Source: an uncultured Chloroflexia bacterium (GTDB lineage: Bacteria; Chloroflexota; UBA6077; JACCZL01). Taken from it: DNA of 64,000 nt. Below the pieces are notes generated by a model. The model was not told the origin of the DNA. It saw only the letters and a list, made by a program, of their open reading frames with translations, and made no database searches. The number at the start of each line of letters is the position of its first letter. Positions within the stretch are counted from its first letter, which is position 1. Location of the stretch: contig CAVXYC010000015.1 of NCBI GenBank assembly GCA_963765765.1, forward strand, positions 384,001 through 448,000, written 5' to 3'. A program made the position numbers and the translations under genes. Shown here piece after piece: positions 29,431-39,214 of this stretch.

Positions 29431-30792
29431 TCACCCCTGGGCTTTGATTGGCTTCCTCGCCAGCACCATCAGCAGCGATGCGACCACGAACGCTCCAATG
29501 AAGATCAGGATGATGCTCTGGTAACTACCGGTCGTATCGTAGGCGGCGGCCGCCGCCACGGGGCCCAGTCCGAGACCGAGCATGTTGATGGGTGTGACCA
29601 CACCGCTGATCGCGCCGAATGACCGTCGGCCAAAATAATGGGACACCAGAATGGGTCCCATGGCTGCCTCGCCGCGCGCGGTCAGGCCAAACAGGGCGGC
29701 GAACAGGTACGCGGTGATCGGATTATTTGCCACTAATAGCAGGGCCAGCGAAAAAGCCGAGATGCCGAAGGTGCCGACGCTGATCGCTCGGATCGAGAAA
29801 CGTTCCGCGAGAAATCCCCAGATGCCACTTCCCACAGCGCCGGCAAGGGCGAACACGCTCAACGTTCCGGCGGCTACCGTTGGGTCGAAATCGGCATCGG
29901 TGAAATAGGCTGCCATGTTGAAGGCGATGCCGCCGCTAGCCAACGTGCCCAGACCGAGACACAGGGCGATAAGCCATAGCGATGGTGTATGGATCGCCTC
30001 CTGAAGCGTCCAGCTCACCTCGCCGCTCGGGTCGTCTAGCCTCTTTGATCCCGCGTCGCTTTCAACATGGACAGGCTCTGGGGCTCCATCCGGAAGTAGA
30101 CCGAAATCCTCAGGTTGGCGACGCAAGAAGAGAGCGGTTGGCACGACGACGAGAGCCAATAGCAGTATGGCAAGCGTGATGAACGTCGAGCGCCAGCCGT
30201 GATGGTTGATCATGAACTGGTAAACCAATGCCATTACTGAGGCGCCGAGCGGCACCGCCATGGTCACCAGGCCAATCGCTCGCGGACGCTGACGATAGAA
30301 CCAATTGGCCACGGCAGTTACCGGCACAACGCCGATGAGCATGCCGTGCGAGATCGCTCGCGCGGGGATGTACGCCAGATAGAATTGCCATGGCTCCGTG
30401 ACCATTGCCAGGGCAATGGCCAGTAAGCCCATCAGAACCGCGCCCAGGGGCATCAGCACGCGCGGGCCGAACTTGTCCGCGAACCTGCCGGCAAGTGGCG
30501 TAACGATTCCGCCGACGAATGTGCCCCCGGCGACGGCTCCAGCCATGAGCGATCGACTCCAGCCGAGATCGTCGGCCATCGGCTTGAAGATCACCCCCAT
30601 ATTGACGTTGTTCAGGCCAGAGCCGATAAATGCTGCAAGCATGGCCACGGCGACCACAAACCAGCCGTAAAAGAACGGCAAGACCTTCGCGATGCCAGGC
30701 AACCTGGAAGACGGATTTTGAGGATCCGCCGACGGATCAAGTGAACCTTCCGTCGCTCGTCGCACGTCTTTCGGCGTGGCGACGTCAGTCAT
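29431..30792 (-). CDS. MFS transporter
   Basis: FFYGW, GRFADKFGPR motif A, 12 TMs, YFGRRSFGAI. Confidence 0.93.
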   Translation of the reverse strand: MTDVATPKDVRRATEGSLDPSADPQNPSSRLPGIAKVLPFFYGWFVVAVAMLAAFIGSGLNNVNMGVIFKPMADDLGWSRSLMAGAVAGGTFVGGIVTPLAGRFADKFGPRVLMPLGAVLMGLLAIALAMVTEPWQFYLAYIPARAISHGMLIGVVPVTAVANWFYRQRPRAIGLVTMAVPLGASVMALVYQFMINHHGWRSTFITLAILLLALVVVPTALFLRRQPEDFGLLPDGAPEPVHVESDAGSKRLDDPSGEVSWTLQEAIHTPSLWLIALCLGLGTLASGGIAFNMAAYFTDADFDPTVAAGTLSVFALAGAVGSGIWGFLAERFSIRAISVGTFGISAFSLALLLVANNPITAYLFAALFGLTARGEAAMGPILVSHYFGRRSFGAISGVVTPINMLGLGLGPVAAAAAYDTTGSYQSIILIFIGAFVVASLLMVLARKPIKAQG

Positions 30793-31795
30793 ATGGCGGG
30801 AACCGGAAGGCCATCTCCTGTCCCAACATTCCGCCGTGTCCGAGCTCCACCAGCGCCTCGCGTGTGACCGGAACACCGGCGAAGAGCCGCGGCATGATCA
30901 AATCTAGCACCGTCTTGTGTGAGAACATCTCGCAGGATGACAAACCAAAGAGCGGCACGCCGTGTACTTCAACGATCCAGAAGAGCGAGCCAGGATGGAT
31001 CGGTACGCCATGCTTCACCAGTTTGGCGTCAAGCTGCCGCAATGCCCCGAAGAGCGGCTCGAGCGGATCGAGCGAGCTCGCACCCGCGACCATCAGGAGG
31101 TCGAGGTCCTTGCACGCGAGCGCGCTCAGGCGACGCTTGAACGACGGCTCATCGTTGTCTGTTTGCTCGAGCGCGACGAGCGTACCGCCATACCAGCCGA
31201 GCTTACGCTCTAGCGCTGAGCGAAACCGGTCCAGGTTGGAGACATTCACGCGCTCCGCAACGAGCACTCCAACGCGCAACGGCTGGAAAGCCAGGACTTC
31301 CAGGGGCGGTTGCGATTTTGCGATCGCCTCAGCTCGTTCAATGCGTTCTCTCGGCATCAAGATTGGAGTGACCTTGACGCCTGCCAGCGGCGCCCCCTCA
31401 TTCACGGGCTGATAATCGAAGCGCGTCAGAATGGAGATGCCGTCTATTCCGTTTAGCTCGCGTAGGACCTCCTGATGTACCCGGAGCAGACCGCGGCGAT
31501 CGGAGATCAGCTCATATTGACTCTCAGATGGACCGCTGACTCGAATCCCATCGCCAGCGACGGCGCGGACGAGACGGATGCCGGCTTCGTTTTCGTGAAG
31601 CTCGGTCGCCTCCGGCTCCAGGAGATGAAGCTCTCGATCACCAAGGGGCACAAGCATGGCGATTAGCTCTGGTGAAATCACATCGCCTTTGCGGGCGAGG
31701 ATGCGCTTTTTCCCAGTTTCTGTGACGGTGTGGGCTATCACCCAACCGGACTGACATTGAGTGAGCGCCTGGGCGGTTACGGTGTGCGGAATCAT
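30785..31795 (-). CDS. Molybdopterin-binding domain protein (MoeA/MogA-like C-terminal domain)
   Basis: RKGDVI, LHENEAG, AGASSLDPLE, HGVPIHPGSLFW, KTVLDLIMPR. Confidence 0.85.
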   Translation of the reverse strand: MIPHTVTAQALTQCQSGWVIAHTVTETGKKRILARKGDVISPELIAMLVPLGDRELHLLEPEATELHENEAGIRLVRAVAGDGIRVSGPSESQYELISDRRGLLRVHQEVLRELNGIDGISILTRFDYQPVNEGAPLAGVKVTPILMPRERIERAEAIAKSQPPLEVLAFQPLRVGVLVAERVNVSNLDRFRSALERKLGWYGGTLVALEQTDNDEPSFKRRLSALACKDLDLLMVAGASSLDPLEPLFGALRQLDAKLVKHGVPIHPGSLFWIVEVHGVPLFGLSSCEMFSHKTVLDLIMPRLFAGVPVTREALVELGHGGMLGQEMAFRFPPYD

Positions 31796-32304
31796 CGTGG
31801 CGCCCCTTCCAGGCTGAGCATGTGGCCGGCGCGCCAGTCGGCGACGATTCGCTCGTCATGATCGAATGCCATGGGTGGAAGCTGCTCGGGCGGAAAAGCT
31901 GCGACTTCGCTCATCTCATCAGCCGCGATTGGCTCACCTTCGATAATTTCCGCTCCGTATACCACAAGGATCAGTGCTCGGCCGGCCTGGGAGTACACAC
32001 CCACCAGGCGGTTGATGCGAACTCGGAGTCTGACCTCTTCCCACACCTCGCGTGCAGCCGCCTCCTCCAGCGCCTCGCCGCGGTTCACGTAGCCGGACGG
32101 GAAGCTCCACTCGCCTTTTCCTGGGCTGATGGACCTTTTGCCCAGCAAAATGCCGTCTCTCCACGGGATGATCGTAGCCACAGCCACTTTCGGGTCGACA
32201 TATTCCACAAAGTGGCAATTGGGGCAGGCCCTGAAGTCTCGGCCGTCGATCGCCCGATCTTCGAGCGCGGACGCGCACCAGAGGCAGAAGCGCGACTCAT
32301 GCAT
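31792..32304 (-). CDS. NUDIX hydrolase with N-terminal zinc ribbon
   Basis: FCLWC...CPNC, Nudix box GYVNRGEALEEAAAREVWEEV, AFDHD. True start is ATG 32304; the longer ORF reads through a REP pair. Confidence 0.9.
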   Translation of the reverse strand: MHESRFCLWCASALEDRAIDGRDFRACPNCHFVEYVDPKVAVATIIPWRDGILLGKRSISPGKGEWSFPSGYVNRGEALEEAAAREVWEEVRLRVRINRLVGVYSQAGRALILVVYGAEIIEGEPIAADEMSEVAAFPPEQLPPMAFDHDERIVADWRAGHMLSLEGAPR

Positions 32305-32335
32305 GATGGCAGCCGATGCTGAGGAAATTGAAAGA

Positions 32336-32482
32336 GGACGACCCCACCCCAGCCCTCCCCGCTGCGGCAGAGAGGGGCCGGATTCAGGAAATTCGGTAGA
32401 TGCGGCTCGTCGTCCCGCAAAGGAAATTCTTATTATCGGCCCCTTACCTGCCGCAGCGGGGAGGGCTGGGGTGCGGTCGTCC
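32336..32482. repeat. REPIN-like inverted pair (CCCACCCC..CCCTCCCC..GAGGGG family)
   Basis: ~45-nt arms ggacgaccccaccccagccctccccgctgcggcagagaggggccg and its near-perfect reverse complement. Confidence 0.75.
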
Positions 32483-32507
32483 CTCGCGATATCGACAACG
32501 AATTTCG

Positions 32508-33077
32508 TCATCTCGACAGAAACTCAAAATCCTCAGGCGTATCGATATCCCGCTGCAGTGACGCGTCTCTAAAGTCGACATAACAAATGTCTGCGCGTCG
32601 GGCTCGAACAAGGTCCCTGGCGCCTTGATCGCCCTCTTGATTCTGCAGCTCTTTGAAGAGCGCACGGCTGAAGCCAACCGGGTTTCCTGGGATACCAGCA
32701 TACCGAGGCTGAACGATGACGGAGCCGGTCTCAGAAAGCGCCGACGCCAGATCAGAAATCACTGAGCTGGAGAGCAGGGGCTGATCGCTCAGCATAATGA
32801 TGGCGCCCGCCGCGGAGTCGGGCAGTGCCGATACGCCGGCGCGCAGCGAGGTGCTCATGCCCTGAGCGTACGCTGGATTGTGCACGACGTCGACTTGCAG
32901 ATCGACCAGCTCCGTGCGCATCTCGGCATCCCGCGGTCCGGTAACAAGCACAACTGGCGCTGCTCCGCTGGCCAGCGCAATTTCGGCAGCGCGGCGGACC
33001 AACGTTTTGCCCTGCCATTCCAGCAATAGTTTCGGTTGTCCCATGCGCGATGACGTTCCGGCCGCGAGGATCACCAC
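32508..33077 (-). CDS. mocA: Molybdenum cofactor cytidylyltransferase (MocA-like NTP transferase)
   Basis: VILAAGTSSRMGQPKLLL, GMSTSLRAG, LSDQP, GNPVGF, GDQGAR, DIDTPED. Confidence 0.88.
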   Translation of the reverse strand: MVILAAGTSSRMGQPKLLLEWQGKTLVRRAAEIALASGAAPVVLVTGPRDAEMRTELVDLQVDVVHNPAYAQGMSTSLRAGVSALPDSAAGAIIMLSDQPLLSSSVISDLASALSETGSVIVQPRYAGIPGNPVGFSRALFKELQNQEGDQGARDLVRARRADICYVDFRDASLQRDIDTPEDFEFLSR

Positions 33078-33096
33078 GCCGATGGTGGCAACCGGG

Positions 33097-33876
33097 TCAG
33101 GAGGCAGCGGACACCTCGATGGGCTGCTTTGCGCGTGGCAAGCCGGCGCGACTCATGTTGTTCTTGGCCGCGATCATCTCGGCAATAATCGAGAGCGCTA
33201 TCTCCTCCGGATTCCTTGCGCCGATGTTGAGGCCAATGGGCGCATGCAAGCGGTCGAGCTGCTCATCGGTGACGCCGGCGTTCTTGAGGCGCAGCCGTCG
33301 CTTCTCGTTGGTCATGCGGCTACCGATGGCGCCGATGTATCTCGCGTCGGACTTCAGCGCGCTAATCAGCGCCGGATCGTCCAGTTTCGGATCGTGACTG
33401 AGCACCACCACATAGCTCGTACTGCCGAGCTCCACATTGGCCAGGTAATCGTCTGCGAAGGCCGTTGCGATCTCATCTGCCAGCGGGAATCGATCGGCGC
33501 TGCCAAATCGCTCGCGCGCATCAATCACGTGGACGCGGAAGCCCATCTGCTTGGCAAAGACGCACAACGGCACACCTACATGTACGCCGCCAAAGATATA
33601 GAGATCTGATGGGGTGACATACGGGTCCAGGAAGACCTCGTAGGTTCGATCACCATCCGCATATTCGCGTGTCGCCGGATGGCCATTGTTGAGCTGCTCG
33701 GCAGCGTCTGCTATGACGGCATCGTTGAAAGGGAGGCCGAGCGTTCCCTCGACGTGACCGCTTCCGAACACCAGGACATGCTCGCCAACGTGATTCGGCC
33801 CGGCGACGATCGTCGCCGCGACGACTGGCCGCTCCTGCTCGATGGAGGCCTTGATTGCGTTGTAGACCGAGGTCAT
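33097..33876 (-). CDS. xdhC: XdhC/CoxI family protein, C-terminal part
   Basis: [48 protein letters not shown]. Confidence 0.9.
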   Translation of the reverse strand: MTSVYNAIKASIEQERPVVAATIVAGPNHVGEHVLVFGSGHVEGTLGLPFNDAVIADAAEQLNNGHPATREYADGDRTYEVFLDPYVTPSDLYIFGGVHVGVPLCVFAKQMGFRVHVIDARERFGSADRFPLADEIATAFADDYLANVELGSTSYVVVLSHDPKLDDPALISALKSDARYIGAIGSRMTNEKRRLRLKNAGVTDEQLDRLHAPIGLNIGARNPEEIALSIIAEMIAAKNNMSRAGLPRAKQPIEVSAAS

Positions 33877-34184
33877 TTCAGCGGCTCGATGAACACCTGG
33901 ATCTGGCCGCCGCACGCAAGGCCAACCTCGAATGCCTGGTCGTCGGTGATGCCGTACTTGATCAGCCGCGCTTCGCCCTTTTCAATGACGTCCATAGAGT
34001 GCAGCACGACATCCGCTTCGACACAGCCGCCGCTGACCGACCCGGCCATCTCTCCATGCTCGGAGACCGCCATTTTGGAGCCTTCTTTTCGAGGCGCGGA
34101 ACCATAAGCTTTAACTACGGTTGCCAGCGCAACCCGATCACCGTTCTCTCGCCATCGATCGATATCTGCCAGGAGCTCACGCAC
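33873..34184 (-). CDS. xdhC: XdhC/CoxI family protein, N-terminal part
   Basis: [41 protein letters not shown]; ATGA coupling to the next gene. Confidence 0.9.
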   Translation of the reverse strand: MRELLADIDRWRENGDRVALATVVKAYGSAPRKEGSKMAVSEHGEMAGSVSGGCVEADVVLHSMDVIEKGEARLIKYGITDDQAFEVGLACGGQIQVFIEPLK

Positions 34185-34275
34185 GGTGACCGCCTCCAGG
34201 ATGAATTCGCCACACACTGCAATCGCGGGGCCGTCTTCATCGATTGTAGCCCAGGTACGGGGCTACCTGGGCACA

Positions 34276-34653
34276 TCACTGGAGATCTTGCGCGCAGTTG
34301 TTGATGTAGTCGCCGTCGAGCTGGATGCGGTAAACGAAGCGCACGGTTTGGCGGCCCTCGTCGCCGGTCGCAAAGACCTCCGCCTGGATACCTTCGGTAC
34401 CCCTCCCATCGCTGACTCGGTTCCAGCACTCCACGGGATACCTCTCGAATGTGACGCGTTGCAGATCGCCGAAATACCGCGGCTGATAGTCCTGTCCCTG
34501 GATGTCATGCCAGATGTAGCACAGCAGCCACGGATCGAGCATGCGCGAGCCCACTGAGATGATTTCAGGCGGAGGCCCCGGTATCGTGGTGCTAGGCGGC
34601 CCGCCCTCAGGCGAATGATCCGCGCGAGCCGTGGCGGCATTGGCCAACGTCAC
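34276..34653 (-). CDS. Hypothetical secreted protein (start uncertain)
   Basis: In-frame hydrophobic stretch upstream and AxA site (ATARA-DH); three Cys. Confidence 0.5.
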   Translation of the reverse strand: MTLANAATARADHSPEGGPPSTTIPGPPPEIISVGSRMLDPWLLCYIWHDIQGQDYQPRYFGDLQRVTFERYPVECWNRVSDGRGTEGIQAEVFATGDEGRQTVRFVYRIQLDGDYINNCAQDLQ

Positions 34654-34791
34654 GACGAACGTTACGACGGAAAAGAAGATAGCAGCTTTAAGGACATGAA
34701 TAGTTTCCGAGCAGGCGTCACGCCGCGAGAGACAGGGCCGTAGTCCAAGTGACCATGATGAGGTGAAATTTCTGCCGTTTGATGTCAGGTG

Positions 34792-36708
34792 CTATGGGGA
34801 TATCTCGTACGCCGTCCAACCGTCACTCTGGTAGACGACAGGGAAGGACAGATCAACCGCTCGGGCGGGAACGAAGTGGGTAACGCCGAAATCGCGCGCC
34901 AATCTTCGTAGCTGGGACTCATCGAGTCGACGATAGGCGCGATCGAGATCCGACTTGTAGGCCACCGGGTCATCTATCCCCAATGCCTCCAAGCGAAGAC
35001 GGAACTCCTCGTTGTGGCGCGGAAAATACACGGCCTGATTGGCACGTTCGCGTACAAGATAAAGAGCTCGCTCAGAGAGCTTGTAGAAGTTGTCATTGTT
35101 CGGCTCACTTGGGAGCGTGAGAAACACGCTGTCCACGGGCGTGCTGGTGCGGGCCCACACCTGAAACTCGTCGGCTGCGCGCAGGCCACCCGCGTGACTC
35201 CGCTGGTATTGCCACGTCTCAAACCGCGCCAGCACAAGCGCACCGGCGAGCACGACGGCCGCTCCGATGACGGTCGTCCGTTGGGCCGGGGCAACATAAC
35301 TGACTCTTTGCAGGAGCAACGCAACGGCCACCGCAAGAATGCTCAAGCCACCGACGAGCACGCCCTGTGAGATATCGATATCGTTTATCCTGCGTCCCGT
35401 CAAAGAAGCGAAAAAGACGGCCGCGATGGTTGCCGCCAGGATCACGGCGGCCAGCATCGTTGCCGGCTTGCTGAAGTGGGGGATGAACCGCCTGACTAGG
35501 AGAAGCCCAATGATCAGAACGGCGCTGACCGGCCAGATCGGCTCCCACGGGATGAAGTCTCGCGGCGAGAGCAGCAGGCTTGCCGCCAGGGCAGCCAGGA
35601 GCCAGCGCGGGACGGTGTTGCCTCTCCAGGATTGCACAGTGAATCCAGCAAGGAGCATGAGTCCGAACACATTGACTAGCCAGACGGATCGAGGGAATTG
35701 AAGCCGCGCAACTATCGTGCTTAGCGGCGTCTTCAGTGAGATATCGAAGAAGATCAGCGCCGCCAGGCACATCAGCAGACTGCCGCCTGCGAGTGCCAGC
35801 AACTCCAGTCGATTCCGCTTTGGCGGCGCGCAGAGAACCGCCGTAAGCAGCAAAGCAGCGCCAATAAAGTTCCTCAAACGCAGATGCCACGTCTCAAACG
35901 CGGTCGCTGTGGAGATGTCCGTAGCGAGCTCAGCCTTGGCGAGATAAAGGGCCCACAGTGGCAGCGCATCCGTGTGATGGCCAAGCGATCCGACGATCGC
36001 CGGCCCCCCGGCCAGCAGGAGGACGAGTCCGCCAATGAGCGGCTGTCGAATGCCAATGCGCGGGATCAGTGCGAGCCAGATTGCGCCCACACCGAGTGCT
36101 ACCAGTATGGTCGTTGGCGCGTGGACATCTAGGCCTAGGCCCAACAGCAGTCCCGCCAGCCAGTGACGCCCGCGGAACGCGGCCAGTAACCCGCCAACCT
36201 GGAACGGCAGTGCGAGGAACGCGGGCGTCGTTTCAGCGGAGTGGAGAATCGTGCTGCCCACCGTAAGCAGTCGAAAGCTCGCTACGTAGCACATGAGGAA
36301 AAAGCCCGCGGCCAATCGCTCGCCGGTCACGTCCCGAGCAAGCTGGTACAAGAGGGCAATGCTGGTAATGGATGCCGGCACGAAGAGAAGCGCCAGAGTG
36401 GCCTCGAGACCGAAGGCGCGGGCGAGCAAGCCCACTGTTTGGTAGGTTAATGCCGCTGGTGTCCCTTCGTGCAGCACCGTAATGAACGGATCCATCCTGT
36501 AGAGCTCGGAATCCATGAATGACTTGAAAATCGGGATGTCCGACCAGCGACCGCCGTCGAATCCTCGAAATGCCACGGACCACAGTGTGAAGATGGCGCC
36601 CATGATGAGCGCCTCAGTAGCAGGATGTAGTCTTGTCAGGATCGTTGGAACCGTTGCGATTCCCGCTGGGGCGGTTCTGGATTGGGTACTGGATATGGCT
36701 TGCGTCAC
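34792..36708 (-). CDS. Polytopic membrane protein, probable GT-C fold (DUF6798-like)
   Basis: Many TMs, loop-1 SDIP..DPF, C-terminal QVWARTSTPVDSVFL..FYKLSERALY; GTGA/ATGA-coupled to the upstream GT. Confidence 0.7.
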   Translation of the reverse strand: MTQAISSTQSRTAPAGIATVPTILTRLHPATEALIMGAIFTLWSVAFRGFDGGRWSDIPIFKSFMDSELYRMDPFITVLHEGTPAALTYQTVGLLARAFGLEATLALLFVPASITSIALLYQLARDVTGERLAAGFFLMCYVASFRLLTVGSTILHSAETTPAFLALPFQVGGLLAAFRGRHWLAGLLLGLGLDVHAPTTILVALGVGAIWLALIPRIGIRQPLIGGLVLLLAGGPAIVGSLGHHTDALPLWALYLAKAELATDISTATAFETWHLRLRNFIGAALLLTAVLCAPPKRNRLELLALAGGSLLMCLAALIFFDISLKTPLSTIVARLQFPRSVWLVNVFGLMLLAGFTVQSWRGNTVPRWLLAALAASLLLSPRDFIPWEPIWPVSAVLIIGLLLVRRFIPHFSKPATMLAAVILAATIAAVFFASLTGRRINDIDISQGVLVGGLSILAVAVALLLQRVSYVAPAQRTTVIGAAVVLAGALVLARFETWQYQRSHAGGLRAADEFQVWARTSTPVDSVFLTLPSEPNNDNFYKLSERALYLVRERANQAVYFPRHNEEFRLRLEALGIDDPVAYKSDLDRAYRRLDESQLRRLARDFGVTHFVPARAVDLSFPVVYQSDGWTAYEISP

Positions 36709-39122
36709 GGCGACTGGATCACAACGTAACCTACGGACACGGTCTCACCGCTCGATGCGGCCGACGGTACCAGCATGCCGGTGTTGGTATCCACCAGTCG
36801 AACGTTGATCGGATAGATCCCCGGCTCCGCTCGGTCGCTGATCGGGATGCTGACACGCTGGGCAAACGGCTGGCCAGCCTGCCACTCCGCCCAGCTTCGG
36901 CTCTTGTCACAACCCGGACCATCGCTGGATCCAATTCCCGGCTCGCCGATCGTGATGACCGGGAAGTACCGCTCGCCCTCAAACAATGCCAACCAGTAGC
37001 CGTCCAAGCGCACCACACCACCCGGGCGGGGGTCTTCTGGGAAGAGACGATACCCATGAAATCGGGCAACCTCACCAAACGGAATGTCCAGCTTAGTCCT
37101 AACAGGCGAGACCGGCCCTCTTGCCCAGACACCGGGATCGGACATTGGCCCCGCCAAATGTTGGTCGAACAAGGCCGCCTCTCGCTCGGCTTCGAGCTGT
37201 CCGATAACTGGTCCGCTGATCGGCTTCTTCTCAAACACCCGCGTCTTGACCTGACCGTTGACGGTAACTGAGGCAATCTCGGCGAAGTCGGTTGCGATGC
37301 GCCGCCGTGGCGGCTCGATCTCGTCCTGCACCTGTTCCGAGATGACGTAGTAACGAGGATCTGCGGTGCAGCGCCAGGCCGCGCGTGAGTACCACCAGCT
37401 CACCTGAGGGTTCTCGTTTGAATCATACGAGCCGCTAAGTGCGCCTGAGTCAAAGAGGTTGCCCACCGCTTTCCAGCCAGCCTGATATGGGAAACCGAAT
37501 CGCTCCTTTCGCGGCACAGGCAGTGTGAACATGCCGAGCGGTAGCTGCCAAACCTGATTTGTGCGTACGGCTTCGGGCTGATTCCTCAGGTACAACGAAA
37601 CATCGTGCGCGGCGACTGGGATGGCGGCTACTCCGACGGCCAGCGCGATTGCCACGCCGATGACTGCTACCCGTGGGAATCCAATCGCCGTTGAGAGGGC
37701 AGCCGCCGCCATCAGAATGAGCGGCAGAAGCGCGACGTGGGCATGGGTGCCAGGTTTCCGAACAATGAATCCGTAGCCAATGATCGGCAGCAAGAGCCAG
37801 CACCAGGTCACGAGCCATGAAATATGCCTGCGCCGTTGCAGCATGATGCCGACAACCCCGCCCACGATAGCAAGAATGCCGATGATCGCGATAAACGGTG
37901 ATGAGAGATAGAGCGATGCCGCGGCCGCGATATCGCTCAGATTGTTGCGCAGGCCGATCTCGCCAATGCGCCCGGTCACGCGGTCCACACCTTGCCCGGC
38001 GAGCGGTGAGAAGGAGTATGGACCAAAGAAGATCAGCGGGATGACCAGCGCAAGTGCCGCCGCGCCGACCCAGCTGCCGATCGCAGAACGATTTGATTGA
38101 AGGTTAAAAAGTCCCAGAAGTAGTACTGGTACTCCAGCAAAGATGGCATCGTAGTGGCACAGCAGGCCCGCTCCGAGCAGCGCTCCGGCAGCCCAGATAC
38201 GCCGAGGAGACTCCCGGCCGGCGACGGCCGCCGCGAGTATCGCCGCCGTCCCGAACGCCAACACGAGACTCTGGTACTGAGTGATGCGCGAGAAGGCAAT
38301 GTAGTAGCCGGCAATCGCCGCGAGCACGCCGGCGATCAAGCCTGCCCGTCTCCCGAAGAGCTCTCCCCCCAGAAGGGCCATCGTGCCTACCGCGAGCACC
38401 GAGGCGAGCGCGAGTGGAAGGCGTGCTCCGAGCTCATTGATCGTGTGCCCTAGCCCGTAGACCAGCCCTGTCAGAATGACTTCGCCTGGAGCTTTTCCGT
38501 GATAGAAGATGGCGTTGGATTGACCCGCGGCGAGCGCGCCTGCTCGTAACACGGCTTCCACCTCATCGCCCTGGAATTCGCTGTAACCGAGAAACGGAAG
38601 CCGAAGTACGGCCGCCAACAGGACAATGAGCAGAAGTGGACGTCCGCCTACGACACCAGGGGCCACGGACGCTGATCGTGACCGAGCTCCGGCCGCCACG
38701 CTGAGCGCTAGCGAAAGAAGAAGCAACAGTAGCAGCGGGACGGTGGTGAACGGCATCGCGGCCAATGTTGCCAGGAGCCCAAGGATGATCAGAGCGCCCA
38801 GCGCAATGGTCTGCCCAAGCACGAGCCCGAGGGCCGGCCCCTTCGGGCTGACGCCGATCCAGCGCGACCAACCCAACCCTGGAGCAATGACACCAGCGGT
38901 CCAGAAGCCGAGAGCCACCAGCGGAGCGCTGATTCCCTGAAAGATGAGAATCACACCGCAGCCAATCAGGGCGATGACAACCGCGGTCGCATTTAACGAA
39001 ACGAGAAATTGACCCACTGGACGGAAAGTTTGCCCAATGCTGATGGCCGAGAGCCAGTAGGCAGGTCGGGCTGGCAATGAGACGGGTGGACCCATGAGGC
39101 CAATGAGACGGCTGTGACCCAT
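36705..39122 (-). CDS. GT-C glycosyltransferase (PMT_2/ArnT-like) with C-terminal Ig-like domain (start uncertain)
   Basis: LRLPFLGYSEFQGDE, HGKAPGE, ARLPLAL, FSRITQYQS, HYDA; tail IPFGEVARFHGY...RLDGYW...AEPGIYPINV. Confidence 0.85.
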   Translation of the reverse strand: MGHSRLIGLMGPPVSLPARPAYWLSAISIGQTFRPVGQFLVSLNATAVVIALIGCGVILIFQGISAPLVALGFWTAGVIAPGLGWSRWIGVSPKGPALGLVLGQTIALGALIILGLLATLAAMPFTTVPLLLLLLLSLALSVAAGARSRSASVAPGVVGGRPLLLIVLLAAVLRLPFLGYSEFQGDEVEAVLRAGALAAGQSNAIFYHGKAPGEVILTGLVYGLGHTINELGARLPLALASVLAVGTMALLGGELFGRRAGLIAGVLAAIAGYYIAFSRITQYQSLVLAFGTAAILAAAVAGRESPRRIWAAGALLGAGLLCHYDAIFAGVPVLLLGLFNLQSNRSAIGSWVGAAALALVIPLIFFGPYSFSPLAGQGVDRVTGRIGEIGLRNNLSDIAAAASLYLSSPFIAIIGILAIVGGVVGIMLQRRRHISWLVTWCWLLLPIIGYGFIVRKPGTHAHVALLPLILMAAAALSTAIGFPRVAVIGVAIALAVGVAAIPVAAHDVSLYLRNQPEAVRTNQVWQLPLGMFTLPVPRKERFGFPYQAGWKAVGNLFDSGALSGSYDSNENPQVSWWYSRAAWRCTADPRYYVISEQVQDEIEPPRRRIATDFAEIASVTVNGQVKTRVFEKKPISGPVIGQLEAEREAALFDQHLAGPMSDPGVWARGPVSPVRTKLDIPFGEVARFHGYRLFPEDPRPGGVVRLDGYWLALFEGERYFPVITIGEPGIGSSDGPGCDKSRSWAEWQAGQPFAQRVSIPISDRAEPGIYPINVRLVDTNTGMLVPSAASSGETVSVGYVVIQSP

Positions 39123-39214
39123 GCGAGGGGGTGGGCATGAGCATCATGGGTCCTATGAGTCCCCTACGCCCCATCTGGCTCACACAACTAGCTGGCTGAT
39201 AGAGTTACCGGTCT

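Noticed and set aside
32305-32511. N-terminal extension of the NUDIX ORF (similar cases at 46216, 53249-53356 and 57864-58049)
   Set aside because: Read-through of REP palindromes or neighbouring genes; better starts lie downstream.
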